Positions 25,401 to 38,849 of a stretch of DNA of 64,000 nt are shown piece by piece; the first letter of the stretch is position 1; the number at the start of each line of letters is the position of its first letter. The position numbers and the translations under genes were made by a program. Source of the DNA: Raillietiella orientalis. Taxonomy: Eukaryota. The stretch lies in contig JAYWIR010000007.1 in the NCBI GenBank assembly GCA_036172245.1, positions 682,001-746,000 on the forward strand, read 5' to 3'. The notes under the pieces are model-generated. The model was not told where the DNA came from. It ran no database searches and saw nothing but the letters and a program-made list of their open reading frames with translations.

Positions 25401-28400
25401 GTCCTGGAGTGGCGTCTGCCTCGGGAGAGGGGAAGGCAATTCCCAAGAAGGGCGCCTACCCCACCTTCCTCTCGACCTAGGGAATCAGAAAGATCTTCGT
25501 CCGAGGAGGAGAGAAGGGGAGGACAGGGGGATCCCTGCTTCTCTCGACTTTGATTTACGCCACTCCCCTCAATGGAGAGGTCTAATAGGCCCCCTGGACC
25601 ACCCAAGGGTAGCAAGAGGGGAGCCCCCAGGACAGATTTCCTCTTCTCCCTTCTCCTTCTCTTCTTTTCCTCGAAGCTCGAGAAGGGGTGGACACTTGTG
25701 GGAAAAGGAAGTTTCCCGAGAGTCTTCCTAGCATTTTCCGTTCGACCGCTCCTTCAGGGCTTTAACCTTTCCTATCCCTCCCATTCCTTGCTCCTATTCC
25801 GGACCCCGGGAAAGAAGAGTTCACTTTTCGTTCCGGTGGCCGTCCCCTCGGGACGAATAAATACTGAAGAGCTTCCGTCGAGTGTCTGGGGGTCCTTTCC
25901 CTGCCTAAGGGAGCTTCATTCTTTCCCGTTGGTCCTCCTTAAGAGATGCTTTCGCTTTCGTCGCGCGTTCGGCGACTCGGTCGCTCGCGACGAGAATTCG
26001 CGTTTCCGAGACCCCACCGCGACGCCCCTGATTCGGCAATGCTCTCCAGGGAGGACAGGGCCCGAGGAGAACTCGCAGGAGGGATGACCGCGGTGGCAAT
26101 AGGTTTCGGGAATCTTCTCTCGTTTTCAGGAACAGGAGCTCTCCCGCGAGATCTTTCGTATGGAAGGAACAAGAGAAGGGGAGGCAAGGAGAACGAACTG
26201 ATCGAAGATGATCCCTGTCGGAAGCGCGGGAGAAGGAGAAACGGGAGAAATCTTTCCTTCATCCCTTTTTCGTGGAACTCGCCCCCAGGTCCAAGTCCGC
26301 CCAAGTTCTGCCCTCCTTCCCTCCTACCTCCTCGAAACAACCCGCTGCACCTATACAGTGAAAGAGGGGGCGAGGGGGTTCCCCTGAAAACGGGGAATCT
26401 ATAGTAAGGACGTAACGGAGTAACGGACTCCTTTCGCCCTCTCCGTGTTCCCGAAGGCTGCTGCTTCCATAATGGGGATGACAACTAAGCAGGAAGCTGC
26501 TGACAAAGAGACTCGCGGACCAGGGGCATAGATCTCCTTTCCGCCGGGCGCTGAACCGGAGAAGAGATCCGTGCGTGGCGCCGCGCCAGAGGAGATCGCC
26601 CTTGGGAGGAGAGGTCGGTCTCCTGACGGCGGAGCAACCCCGGAGGGCCCAGGCATCCGTCCTCGGAGGCAACCAGAGCTCCGGCAAGGAGGAGGAGCCC
26701 GGCAAGGCGAAGTACTTCAGCATCCTGCGCTGGGGGTGTTTCGCCTCGCCTTGATGGCTGTCTCCGCCGCCGCCTCCTCCCACTCTTCTCTTCCTCCGCG
26801 GCCAGGACGCGGCAGCCCTACGACGTTCGACCCTCGAATGCGCCGGAGGAGCAGCAGGATGGCGGGATCGTGGAGAGGCTCCAGGAAAATCGATAAACCT
26901 TGCCGCGCGCGAACGATCGGGATCGCGTTCGCTTCCTCCTCCTCATGCCGAATCATCTCCCTCTTCCCGGATCCCCTTTTCCCCTCTTCACTCTTCCTTT
27001 GTTCCTCTCCTCTTCCCTTTCCCCTCCCTCCTTTCTCGTCTTCCTTCAATAAGAGTGCGGGCGACGCCTGGACATAACGGTCACTCGTGGTCCTTCCAAA
27101 AGGAGAAGCGAGCGAGTGCTCCCGGACGTGCAGCCTCCATCCCTCATCCCATCGTCGTCCTCGACTCGCTTCCTGCACTCGCGAAGGGACTCTCCTCCTC
27201 CTCCTCCTCCTCCTCAGAGAAGATTTGGAGTACAGCTGGCCGGACCGCGCATCAGGCCGACTGGGAAAAGGAAAGGAGCTGCAACAAGCACGAGATTCTT
27301 CGCCATTCCTTCTCCTTTGCTGTTCTTTCTTAATCCTGCTTCCTCTCCCCTTCCTCTTTTTCTCATTTTTCTCTTCCTTTCCTCCTCCTTCCTTTTCCCT
27401 TACCTCCCCACCAAGACATGCTCCGGAACCACTCTCCCGCCTTGGCGATAAGCGAGCCTCGACTGAAAACAACGATGCACCACACCGAGGGGTCTTGCTG
27501 ATAACGTACGTCACTTGCGCTGCCCTCCAAGGAAAGATAAGGGTAGGGGACGCGCGAGGTGCCCCACTCCTCCTTTTTCTCGATAAGCGGGAGAGGAGGT
27601 GACGTTCCTGCGGTCCGCACGAGACCTCGCGCGAAACAGTCAGGGCTTCACCTTTCGTCTCTGCTCCCGGGAGGGCACTCCCCTCCTTTCCTCCGTGCTT
27701 CCCTAGAAGTCCCGTTCTCCTCCCTCGCCCCACGCTTCCGGACAGAGGATGAACAGGAAACCTGCGGCGAACATTCGACTTCGCGGTTCGGCGCCATCCC
27801 TCTGCTCGGATCGGCGTCACCGGAAGGAAAGCGAGCACCCAACTCCGAGAAAAGAACAAGGGGAGGGATGGGATGTAAGGGGGAGGAAGGATGCAGGGGA
27901 GGGAGAAGAGTGAAGCCCTCTGGTTCCTCCGTCGCTGTTCCAGGAGGGATGCAGACGGCGGCTGCGGTGGCGGAAGCTGCTGCTCCCCTACACCTCTGTT
28001 TTCCTTTCTAATGATCTTCTCCTCCTTGCTCGAGGAAAACTCGAGATCGCAGAGCAAACGCCATCTGCGTGGGCGAAAGAGCAGGAAAATGTGGAGGTGG
28101 AGGAGAAGCAGGAAGTCATTTCGAGTCCTCCGGGCGTGCGCCGCAAGGTTCAGCCTCGCATAGATCCCATCGCTACTCCCCCCTTCTCTCTCCACAGATC
28201 CTTCATTTTCCCGGGAAAGCCTTCCCGGAAACGCCTCTCCCTCTTCGTCCCTTTCCCCGAGATCCTCCCGGTACGGCCTTTGCCACCACCGTCGAACGCC
28301 GCCGCTCTTGCCGCCCAAATCCCGGCTGGCGATCGCGTGGACGTTCGCCTTCCTCGTGGGGCGATCGAGGCTTCCCTGCGCCCCTTCAGCCCCCGGTGCG

Positions 28401-30479
28401 CCTGTCCGCGAGTGGCAGGGAGGATACACCTCCCTGTTCCCCCTTTTTCGAAGAGGAGTCCATCCACCTTAGTACTCCTTGCCGTGCCCCACTGCTGCTT
28501 TTCCGGGAGGAGCTGCTGCACTAGCGAACGTGGACGAGGAGCAGCTGCGGGTCCTCCTCCGTCCGAACTCTTTCGTCCGTGGGAAACCGCCGGGTCGAGG
28601 AGCGGCGACGGCGGCGGTGGCAGCGGGAGGAGTGAAAGGGATGAAAGGCGGGTCTTTTCGATTCCGGGGAGGGAGGAAGGAAGGAGGGAACTTTCCCCAG
28701 CCCGCGGGGATCGGCTCACAGGCGACCCATGCATAAAACATGGCCGTTCGCAGCCTCCTCCGCAACCCTTCCCCCTCGAGCGCATCCCCACTTTCACTCG
28801 GTCCGGGAGGCACCGAGAGACGACGGGCGCGCTTTTTTCCCCGTCGGTGACGAGACGATCGGAAAGGTGCAGATCCCTCTCATGGTGAAAAAAGGGGCGA
28901 AGGGGCGACCCGAAGGGTAGAGCGGGAGAACGGAGCGCGCCTTCGGCGCGGGTCGCGCCCTCCTTCCCCGAGAGGCCACAGTGGCCGTGTGACACGCAGC
29001 CGACACCAAAGGAGAAGGGATGTGCAAAAGTACCAGGATTCTCCACCATCCTTCCCTCCTCCCTTGAAGACCTGTGGGCAGGAGAGCACTCGAAGAAGCA
29101 GGAGAGTCCCCTTCACTCCCTGCTCCTTTTGGCATTCCTTCTGCAGCGCCGACCCTTCCCCTTCCGGAGAAACGCGCCTTCCTTTATTTTGTCTTACTGC
29201 TTCCCCCTCCTTTTCAAGCGGGATGACCTGCTCCCGAAGTGTGACGTCAGCGGAAGAGCTGTGCCGACGATACCCACTTGTTGAGCGCCCGACGTCCGGA
29301 AGCTCGCGGGCCTCGTTTCCAGATCCTCGCCCTCTGCATCCGGGATGTTCTGTTCCGTCCGATACCCCACTTTGTCACGTCCATCTCCGGAAGCTGCTGT
29401 GATTCCGTCCCGCGAGGGGAATGAACAGCCCGGGAGGGGACCAGAGGGGGAAAGAAAGGAAACTCGAAAGGTGGCACGCGCGAATCCTCGAAACAGGAAG
29501 AGACGTTTCCTTCCTCTACCCTTTCTCCCTTCCCTTACGGCCATTACGGCGTGAAGGACACGGGAGGGGGGGGGGAAGGAATATTTTAGACCCCCACTGC
29601 CTTCGCACTTTCGAAATACAAAGGAAGGGGGGGGGAGAATAGTCCGGATGCAAAAAAAGGGGTCCGCCCTTCTTTAGGTGGCGTCGCATCTCCACTCCCT
29701 TCTCCTCACCAGTGACAAAGCACCGATGACCCTTCCTTTCCTCGTAATGGCCGCCTCTGGATGGTTCCCTCCATTTGCCGGCCGAGCTTTTCCAGAAAGG
29801 CGCCTTGCTGAGGGAAGCGTGGCGTGCGGGAGAGGATGGGTCGCCCGCTTCGCTCCCTGAGAACCCGCGAACCCGGACGTCCCCAAACATCTGGGCTCCG
29901 ACCGGACGAACCTGCAGCGGGAGCGAGCGAGGCGGAGCAGCGCTGAAGATGGTGAAGGTTTCGAGGCGCAGGCCGGACCCACACGAAAGGCAGGTTCGGG
30001 AAGGGCTGCGTTCCTGGCGGCTCTGGTCAACAGCGGCAGCTCGTGCGGAGAGCGGTGTGCGCGCGACCCGTCTCTCCTGTGCGTTCCTCTCCAGTCCTGC
30101 GAACCTTCCCGGAGCCGGCAATAAGGCGGACATTTTTCAGGAGCGACGAGCATTCGCTAGACACCGACCCTGCGTTGTTGAGTTTCAGCATTGCGCAAGG
30201 TCAAAGGCCCGCTGACATTCTGGATACACCCAGCGATGTAGTTCAGTGCTCCGCCTTCGGTGGTGTCCGAGCCTGGCAAACCCAGCAGACACCGCGGCTG
30301 TTGTCAGACGCCAATACCTGGATCCAGGAGGATCTATCCGATTGCGGATTTCTCCAAGTTGCCTCCAGACCAACCCAACGACCGGGCCATCTCAACCTTC
30401 TGACCAGGCCAACGCTGAGCGCACTGCAGACAAGACCTTAGTTGCGGAAGACGTCAACCTTGATGAGACCTGGTTGCGC

Positions 30480-30860
30480 GAGTGACAAATCTCCGCTCGT
30501 GGCACCGGGCGACGTGACCCACCGCTCCACTGATCGGGGATGGCGAAGCTGGGAAGTGGGTGACCTACCGGATTCGTACTGACATCTCACCGGGCCGTCA
30601 GTTTTTCGCTAAAGAGTTTGGGGGAGGTTGGAGATGTGTGAGTGCCATGGCTCTGCCCACGTCGCTCATCATCTGCGCGTCCGACCCACGATGTCTAGGG
30701 AGGTTTTATTTGACGCCTCTCTTGAATTGGCAACCCGGTCCAAAGCACCCGAATTCTCGCAACCAGGGATGAGGCCCCGCCAATCGCGCTGCCTGTGGCA
30801 CGGGGCGAGGTGGGGCATACCGCTCCACCGATCGGAGATGGCGAAGCTGGGAAGTGGGTT
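30480..30860 (+). repeat. Imperfect direct repeat pair, core about 40 bp, 298 bp apart
   Basis: accgctccactgatcggggatggcgaagctgggaagtggg (30521-30560) versus accgctccaccgatcggagatggcgaagctgggaagtggg (30819-30858), two mismatches; weaker similarity extends upstream (gtggcac.gggcga.gtg). Confidence 0.9.
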
Positions 30861-32519
30861 CCGGCAATGAGCTAACCCCTGGACTCCTTCCGGATCCGCA
30901 AGAGGAAAAGAACGGCCATCCCGCACACTGCCTGCCCCTTCGAGAGCACTCTCGACTCTTCCCGACGTGCTCGAGAAAGCGAGGAGATCGAATGAGAAGA
31001 CCTCGCTGTCGACGGAGGCACGGTGCAGGCAAGCGCCAGGACCCTAACGGTGGTCTCATCCCCGAAATGAAGAGGCGCTGCGAGAATCGGACATTCCTCA
31101 GGGATACTTCGAGGAAATGAGGCGCCTAATGGTCGCCTCTGACGTCCAGTGTGACCACGATGCCTACTGGACTCATGGATCAGGGTATCCTCCCGGTCCG
31201 GTGAAGAAAACGTCGAAAACATGGATGTCCAAGAAGAACTGGTACCAGCCGATGTGGGTGTGCATGGAAGATTCGGGAAATAACACCATGACCTGCCCGG
31301 AGCAGGACGAGATGGTGAAGGCTGCAAAGATCCCGTACCCTTCATTTCCTATCTAATCCCTTCTTCCACTCAATAAACACGGCTGGTCCTCTTACGTACT
31401 TACAGTTTTCATATCCTCAGGTACATCCTTTCTCTTTCATATCCTCGATAATCGCTGAAGGATTCCTGGACCAGAGGACGGCATCGAGTCCAGGAAACTG
31501 CTATATTCGCATCTCAGTACGGCAGCATCGTGGTACTGTTGTGAGAAGGTGGAAATGCACAAGAAGAAAGGCAGGATCTTTGGAGAGAGCCTTGGTTCAT
31601 CCAACAAAGTCAGCGGTCATGAAAATGAACCACCTGAGGCTGATGACGACGGAGAGTTTCGGAAGAGTCTGTGGCAGGATGGCGACTGCCTGCAGCAAGG
31701 AACAAAAGCCATTAAACAGAAGTTCACGAATGACCTTTATGAAGCCAAGAGGAAAGAGTTGCATCCGATACCAGATGTGTTTTCTTGAATCCACTTAGGC
31801 AACCAGCTTCTTTTCAATCCGAAGGAGAGATCGCATTTTCCGTGGCCCACGCACCCTCGCGATGCAGGTGGAATCAGTTACAGAATAGTCGTGTTCATCA
31901 GGTGAACCCTATGGCTGGTTCAACGATCTCACCCTCAAGATGAAACGAATCCCCCTGCCTTCTGCGCGTTTGAGCTGCTCGAAAAGAGGCAGCAAGAATG
32001 CAATGTTCCTCTCCTCTCCTTCCGTATGGAGAGTCTTCTTTCATTTTGGTTGACCGTGAGAAACTAATAGCGAACTCTTCAGCTCGAGTTTATTGCTACA
32101 CAGTAAGAAGCAGCTGTGTACTTTTGCTACCGATTAATCCTTGGCTTCCCTGCAGAGTCTACAACTTTGGCAGGCCAAACGCAGCCCATGAACGATGCCT
32201 TGCCGTCCAGTCAGGGTGATTTCTTCTGGATTCTTACCGGAAAAAAAAGGTGCAGTTTTCGTGCTCGGCACTCGAGGCAGCTTGCGCCATACTAATTTGA
32301 GGAGACTTAGATCTGGCCTTCCACTGCTTGTGCCGAAGTGAAGGAGGCGGACTAAGCGGACGAAGGTGAGCAATTGAGTCGGGGTGTGCTCTCCACCATG
32401 CACGTAACAGTGAAAAGGAAGTTCCTCTGAGAAGACGGAGGGAAAGGTTTGTCGTCAATTACATCTGCGTGCAACACGGATGGGAGACTGAGTCACTGGT
32501 GACCATTGGGGAGGTTACC

Positions 32520-32585
32520 GGCGTGCCGCTGGGGATTCTAACCACCTACTTGGAGCAACACGGAAGGACAGGAGTCACAGTCTAG
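32520..32585 (-). mobile_element. Possible third, heavily decayed SINE head
   Basis: ctggggattctaacc...gtctag resembles ctggggattcgaacc...gtctag of copy 1, with one B-box mismatch. Confidence 0.35.
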
Positions 32586-34959
32586 GAAGGAGGAAGATTG
32601 AAATTTTGGATTTTCCTTCCTCCTAAAGAAAAAAAAAAAACTTAGATTCCGTGAGTCCCTTTCCAGCCTCCGACTGAAAAGTGCAACTCTTTACTGGTGG
32701 TCAGTTATAGGGTCAGCCGTCTGCGATGGGCGGTGGCGACACGCCATCGCTCATGCGTCTGCTTGGCCCTTCACTCCACGGAAGGGTAGAACTCGAGCAG
32801 ACGGAAGAGGAATCCGATTAAGACGGGGGGAGCCGAGTAATCCCCTGAAAGATTCCGGAGGCTTCTTGGAAGCAAAAATCTCAAAGACGAAGCAAAAACT
32901 TTGCATAGAGGATGCAGGGAAGATCGGCGCAAATGGCACGAACGAGTTTTGATGACGAACATCCGGGGAGGAAGGCGTAGAGAACGAGACGTGCCGAGAG
33001 TTTCGAGATGTGCAAACACCAACAGGCGGAGACAGTCAGAGAACGGCCCACGCAATCCGGAATCTGGGACCGCGCTGCTCGGGTCGAAGGGACGGCCTGG
33101 AGGTCCTGGCCGGATACTAATCCGGCAGCCCCTCGGATTTCAGTATAGGTGTCGTCACTACATGCATCCCGAAAGTGACAGCGGATGACCTGCGGTGATT
33201 CCGAGGCATTGGGGGAAATTCTGCCCATTTCTTGCGTCTGACGTTCGAGTGGGCTGAATCTAAGGGAGAACCCACCTATCTCAACACAGGACAAGATGAT
33301 GCGAGCGAATGATAAAACACTGGTCATTCATCTGGTAACTCCAGTGACCCTTCTGCAAGATGGACTGGATGACTTCATATTCTTGGATGAGCAGGAAGCC
33401 TCTTCCGAAGTGTTGCCTGGAATCTCAGCTTCAGGGGAAACGCTTCAAGAGCGTCTTCGGGGAGTGAAACTCCGTCACTTCACTGCTGACACCCCCGATG
33501 AACAGTCCTTGGAGCTCACACACTCGGGAAGACTTCGAACGTGCACCATCGATTCGGTGGACACGGCATACCTAGTAGCTCAAGCAGTGGTGAAAAACTG
33601 TTGTTAAGAAAGCGCCTGTTACGATCTAGGCTACGCGTTCTAGTGCACCACCATCTCATTTCGGACGCCTTGCAAGCCCTCCTGCTCAAGGAGGTCACTT
33701 CCCCTGAGGGTGGTAGTCTTCCCTCCCTTCCATCACGGGGGACGCGAATGGTCCAAGAAGCCTCCGGCACCCAGCAAGTCTGCTCAAGGCCCGAGACGGT
33801 CGATCGAGTTCTCCGGAATTTCCCGAGGAGATTCGGGCGTCCGGGAATTCCTTCCAGCTCTTCCTCCCTCCGGCGCGAGCCAGCGCATCGCCACCCTGTC
33901 TCCGGCGCTCAGAGGACTGTCCCGGGACGCCGCCACATGAAGGTGTCACCGAGATCTACCGAGAGCATCCCCGACGCACTGGGGAATCGTGGGAGGGAGA
34001 GAAGGGGTCCCCGCACACGCCTTTGGAATGAGACGGGTCGCAGAAGGGACGCGCCACCCGACTGTCCGACGATGGCCGGGGGCACTCCAGCGGAACCTCC
34101 CAGATCCGAGAGGGGGTTCAGACTTCGGACTTCGGCCTTACCGGTTGCCTCCTCGCTGCAGGATCTCCTCTGCCGCCGGGGGAAAGCGGCAGCAGCCGGC
34201 TGGAATAGAACAGGATCTCCCTTCCTCCCTCTCCTCCTCGTCGTCCTCCTCCTCCACCGCCGCTTGCAGTAGCAACGGATCGAGGTCGAGTGCCCGCGGT
34301 CTCCTTCATCCGAGGGTCCAAGGTCGCCACTGCGAAGATGCGACCTGAACTGGGAAGCGCTGTGTTCGGAGGGGAACCGCGGGGCAATCGAGGGCAGACA
34401 GAGTCGCCACCAATGAGTAGCAGCATCCCTGGCTCCTCGCCTCTTCCGCCTCCCCCATCCCATCCCCCCGACGCAGGCCCTCAGGCGTCGTGACCGCCAC
34501 CGTGGGGGTCGTTCCGTTCCACCCGCCCTGCTGGCGTCTCGACCGCCCCTACACCCTTGTCGAGGCCCCAGTCAGGCTGGCGGGCCCTTGCGCCTCGGTC
34601 CGGTGAACTCCCTCTCCTCTCCCACCGTTTTTACTGCTTGTCGATGAATGACCTGGCATGACGGGATGAATAAACGGGAAGTGGGATTACAACAGGGCTG
34701 TTCTGGTCTGCTGCTCGGAAGGCACCTCCCTGCGCTGCTTCTGAGAAGTGATCTTGGATCCGAGGGTCCAGGGCAGCTACTGAGGTGGTTTCTGACACCG
34801 AAAACTCTTCTCTTCGGTAACAGAGACTGCTTTTCCGCGGAAGAAGGAGCTTTTCGAGGAGAGGAGCAGCATCGTGCGGTTGTGACCTCACTCTGCCATT
34901 ACTCTGCCGCTATGCCTTCGCTACATATCCCTATCCCGGTGCGCGCGCCTGCTGCAAGG

Positions 34960-35890
34960 GATCTGAAGTTCTCTGGTTGCAGCGGGGGCAGTCCGTATCA
35001 CAAAGGGCATCCCTGAACTGGTCCTCTCTGTGCAGGAAAGGTGCCAGAAGTTCCTGAAACAGTTAAGAAGAGGAAGGTACTGATGGAACGTATTACATGA
35101 GCCGGAAGATGCTGGAAAGGAATTTTTGTGACCCGTCAATTGACCGGACGTAACTACGAAACCGTTATTTGGTTACTGAGTTGACCACAGATGGAGTTTG
35201 GCGATTGAGAAACTCGCCGCGCATCCTGGAAGGCTGTAGGGAAAAGAATTAAAAAACTGCCGAGTGTTGATTATGGGAATTGTGTGTGTCAAGGAGATCG
35301 TCCTAGGGATTCAGGAAACAAAAGATGATCCTGGGAGATGCATTGGAGATTCCTCAGCTAGTCTTCTGTTACTCGTAGTACTCCCTGTCCACACAAACTG
35401 CCCAACGTCGGAACAAGTGCCTCCAGACTGGGGATCTCCCCTTGTGGAAACCCCAAGCACCCTGGAAGAGGAAATCACAGGACTATGATGAAAAGGGTCA
35501 CTGATCCCGCTTTCGACTTGGAGCACCGGACTCTCTTGGAACGCGCCCCACACAGTCCCAGGCTGTCCTCCTCATTCGCGTCTTTCCCTCCAGTTTTGCG
35601 AGATACGTCTAGGAAGAAAACGGAAGGAGCAGACGATCCTCAGGCCAGTTGGGCGAGTCCCAGGAGCTTCTGAATCTGGCAACTGAAGCAGCTTGGAGAT
35701 CTAGGAAATTCCATCCAAGAAGCCGCAACGGGAAGCCATCCAGAAAGGGACACCTGAAATGGCGATACGTATCGGATACGTGCGATCGATCGACAGAGCG
35801 CCTCCCTGGACATACGTATAGGATGAGATGAAGGAACAAGGGATTCGTTGCATCCTCCGACCTTTTCTGAGAGCCTTATGGAGGTAGACA
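34960..35890 (+). mobile_element. Degenerate Ty3/Gypsy LTR-retrotransposon integrase remnant
   Basis: Frameshifted pieces in integrase order: ELVLS..RCQK (zinc-finger end), LPVHTNCPTSEQV (H-P-Q-T-N-G..E-R-like), RTLLERAPHSP (l-l-G-R-x-p-x-x-P-like), HLKWRY...ERLPGHTYRM (GPY/F-domain-like). No LTRs identified. Confidence 0.5.
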
Positions 35891-38849
35891 CCTCTGCAAA
35901 TCCAGAGAGAATGTGGAGCTAGGGAAGAGGGGCTGAGCAGGGAAGGGAGCATGGCGTTCCAAAGACTACAGTCGGCTGTGCAGTTCTTGGAACGTCACTG
36001 AGATCCATGACGGAGCCTTAGGCATGCAGCTAGAAGCGAAGAGTCGCGACGCGAAAGGGATGTGGCCGGAAGAGCTTCCTGTCAGCAGACATTGAGGGGA
36101 AAGAGCCCCGGAACGTCCCCCAGGAACGATGGGGCGGCTAGGAGTCAGTCGGCAGACTCGGAACTTCATGGAGGAGTTGCGCCTGAAACGGAGAGATCTG
36201 CAGTTGTGCCTCTGAAATCTGCAGAATGAAGGGAAAGAGCGGGCGAGTAGGAAAGAGGGGATAAGAGTGAGTCAAAGGAGGGGAGAAATAAGAAGAGAAA
36301 CAAAATTCCCCTTCCCCCCCTTTCCACTTCCGATCTCCCCTACCCATCCACTATTTCCATCTTGAACCCTCGTTCATGTTCACTTCAGGGAGAAGATAAG
36401 GAAGCTGCTGTATTTCATGGACTAGCCGGCAGACGTCGAAAGGAGACAAGCACGAAAAGTATACTCCTCCCGAATTGTTCCCTCTTCCCTCCTCTTTCCG
36501 AGCTTCCAGAGATCCACTTTGCCGTTTACTCTCCTAGCTCCTGCAGAGGATGACAAAGATGCACTGGAACAGCAGGACGATGATCTCCAGGATGGAGATA
36601 AGACTGCCGCCTACAGTCAGGCCGAGGTTCCCTCCAATGATTCCTGAAAGCAGAGATGGGAGAGGAAGTCAGGAGGCGAAGGAAAGAGAGTGGTGGAGGT
36701 AGAACAGAGTTTCTCACGCTCCGCTGCCATGTCCGTGAGGAGTAAAGTAAAAGGGAAGAGGGAGTTACAGTAGGATGGGGATGCTGTTCCTCCTGTTTCC
36801 GGTCCACGCATGCACTCTCCTCCTCATCTTCGAGACGGATTCTGGACTCCCGGAATGTCAGAGAAGGAAGGTGGGGTCTCTCGGAGAGGGCGCCTTCCCC
36901 ATTCTCTCCTCTCGACACCAGGAAACGTCCGGGAGCCGACGTGGGAGAGTGGCACCGCCCCTTTGCATCCTGATGCTACACTACGCTTCCTCCGCGTTTC
37001 TTCGCTCGCCTTTTTGGTAGCTGCTTCAAGACGGAAGCCGATGGGAGGCTACCGAAGAGAACGGGAGAGCACTGCCTTGAGACTGCCGCTCCGTCCTTTG
37101 AAAAGTTTTAGGATCCGGTTTCCAGGAGCGGAAGCAAACTTTGAACGGCGACTCCCGGCTACACGTAGGACGGAAGAGAGAAAGATGGGGAAGGCACTAT
37201 CGAGGACGTGTCGTTCGTTGGCTGCCGTGTGCACGTGCGCCTGCAAGAGAGGTGCCAGCCAGAAGGGGAAGAGGCAGACGACACCCGTCGCGTTGTCGAC
37301 AGGGTGCCTCGAGCTGCTGAGACCCTGAGGGCCAAGCGCCACGCACCAAGAACTCGCCCTCGAACACTAGAAATCAGACCACTCTCCTCGCTAGCGAGTC
37401 TGCCTGCACAGAAAAAAGAAGAGGGGGAAGAAGAGGAAGCGTCCTCTGCTCCCCTTGAACTGATATTTTTTCCCTCCCTTCTCCTTGCTTCCCTGGAGGC
37501 GAGAAAAGTCCTCGGGCCTCCTCTTCGCGCACAGGATCAATAGCGAGGAGGTCGACCGCTGGTCGGTGGCCCCTCCTGCCGAGTGGACCACTCTATCTGC
37601 ACATCTCTCGTCTGGCTCGCACGCGTTTCGAACCGCGACGAAAACTGCAGTCGCCTCTCTTCCTGGGTGGATCGTGTGGATGAGCAGGTCTGGTGAGGTC
37701 TTTGAAAGGCTCTCTGGATGTATCCACGGGTGGCTGCTGCGTCGAGGCTAGCAAAGGCGGCGTTGCAGGATGCAGCTCGAAGAGGACTGACAAGCAGAGG
37801 CAGCAGCAGAGCCCTATCTGTCGGGCAAAGTCTCTCTTCGCCCATTCCTCCCCCTTTTTTCAACGTTCCTTTTTCTCCGGAGAGGAAGAGGAGCGGCGCT
37901 TCGAAAGCTCCGAGAGTCCCCGAGTTTGGGCCCTTCCTCCGACAAAGAGGGCAGCCTTGAAACCTCCTTCTCCTTACTGAGTCTCCACCCCTTTCCTTTG
38001 TTGTTTGCACGGCATGCGATTGCGGGACCACTCCCCCCGGAACCCAGCGGCGAGGCTCGTCACGTGGTCCCTCCGAACAGGAGGCGTGGGAGACCTTCCC
38101 GGCAGCCGGGCAGACGCCGAGACACGTGGGAAATTGAGCGTGCCGGAACCACAAGCATGCAGCAGCGGTTGCTGTGATGACTTCCCGTGAGTGGCACCGG
38201 CTTTGGCAAGACCCGGAAGAAGCGGGGTCGCACGAGTCTTCCTGGCGGAATGCCGTTCGCAAAAGGGGAAGCGGCAGCCGGACAGCCATGCGCGGATCCG
38301 ACTTTGAAATGCATGCGTTCCGGGAAGCGCCGCCGTCTCCAAGGAATCGCCGGCCCTGCTGCTCCGCCCCTCTTCGAAAACCGCGGGTCGACGGGATGGC
38401 AGAGTTGGGGGTGGAGGCGCGGTCAGACTCTCTTAGCAGCTTGTAGGGGGGAGGGGATGACTCTGTCCAGCGCTCCCACAGATGCACTACTTTTGGTGAC
38501 CGGAAAGAGATGCTGAAACGATCCCATGGCAACGGGAAAACGCTCTCTATGACAAAAAAAAAGACTTATATCGGGAGCGTTTCGACTGCCACGCGTGGTT
38601 CCCATGCTCCGAGACATCGGAAGGGAAGACAAATAAACAGAAAGCGTCGGAATTTGTTCCGGGAGAGTCTCTCCAGGCGCTCTTGAGATCCAGACGCTCC
38701 GCAGGATCCAACATCTCGAGGCACTTTCCAGGTGCGTCGGGCTCATCTCGGTATCTCGACCCGTGTCGCTCTTCGCGAACGCACGGAGACACAGAAAAGA
38801 CTTTTGCAAGGAGGTCACGGCTTGACCGTTAGTGAGCTACACACGAGGA

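Noticed and set aside
26717..28429. 570-aa minus-strand ORF, and the many other R/G/P/S-rich ORFs in the track
   Set aside because: Composition reflects GA/CT-rich low-complexity DNA with few stops; no codon bias or motifs.
28330..28531. HDV-like ribozyme fold (cgatcgc/gcgatcg P1, cct-tcctcgt-ggg P3/L3, acgttcg/cgaacgt P2)
   Set aside because: Lacks G at +1 and the C-N-R-A J4/2 motif, has an extra base before the P1.1 GG, and shows no retroelement context; such pairings arise easily in GC-rich DNA. An Infernal search with HDV-like models would settle it.
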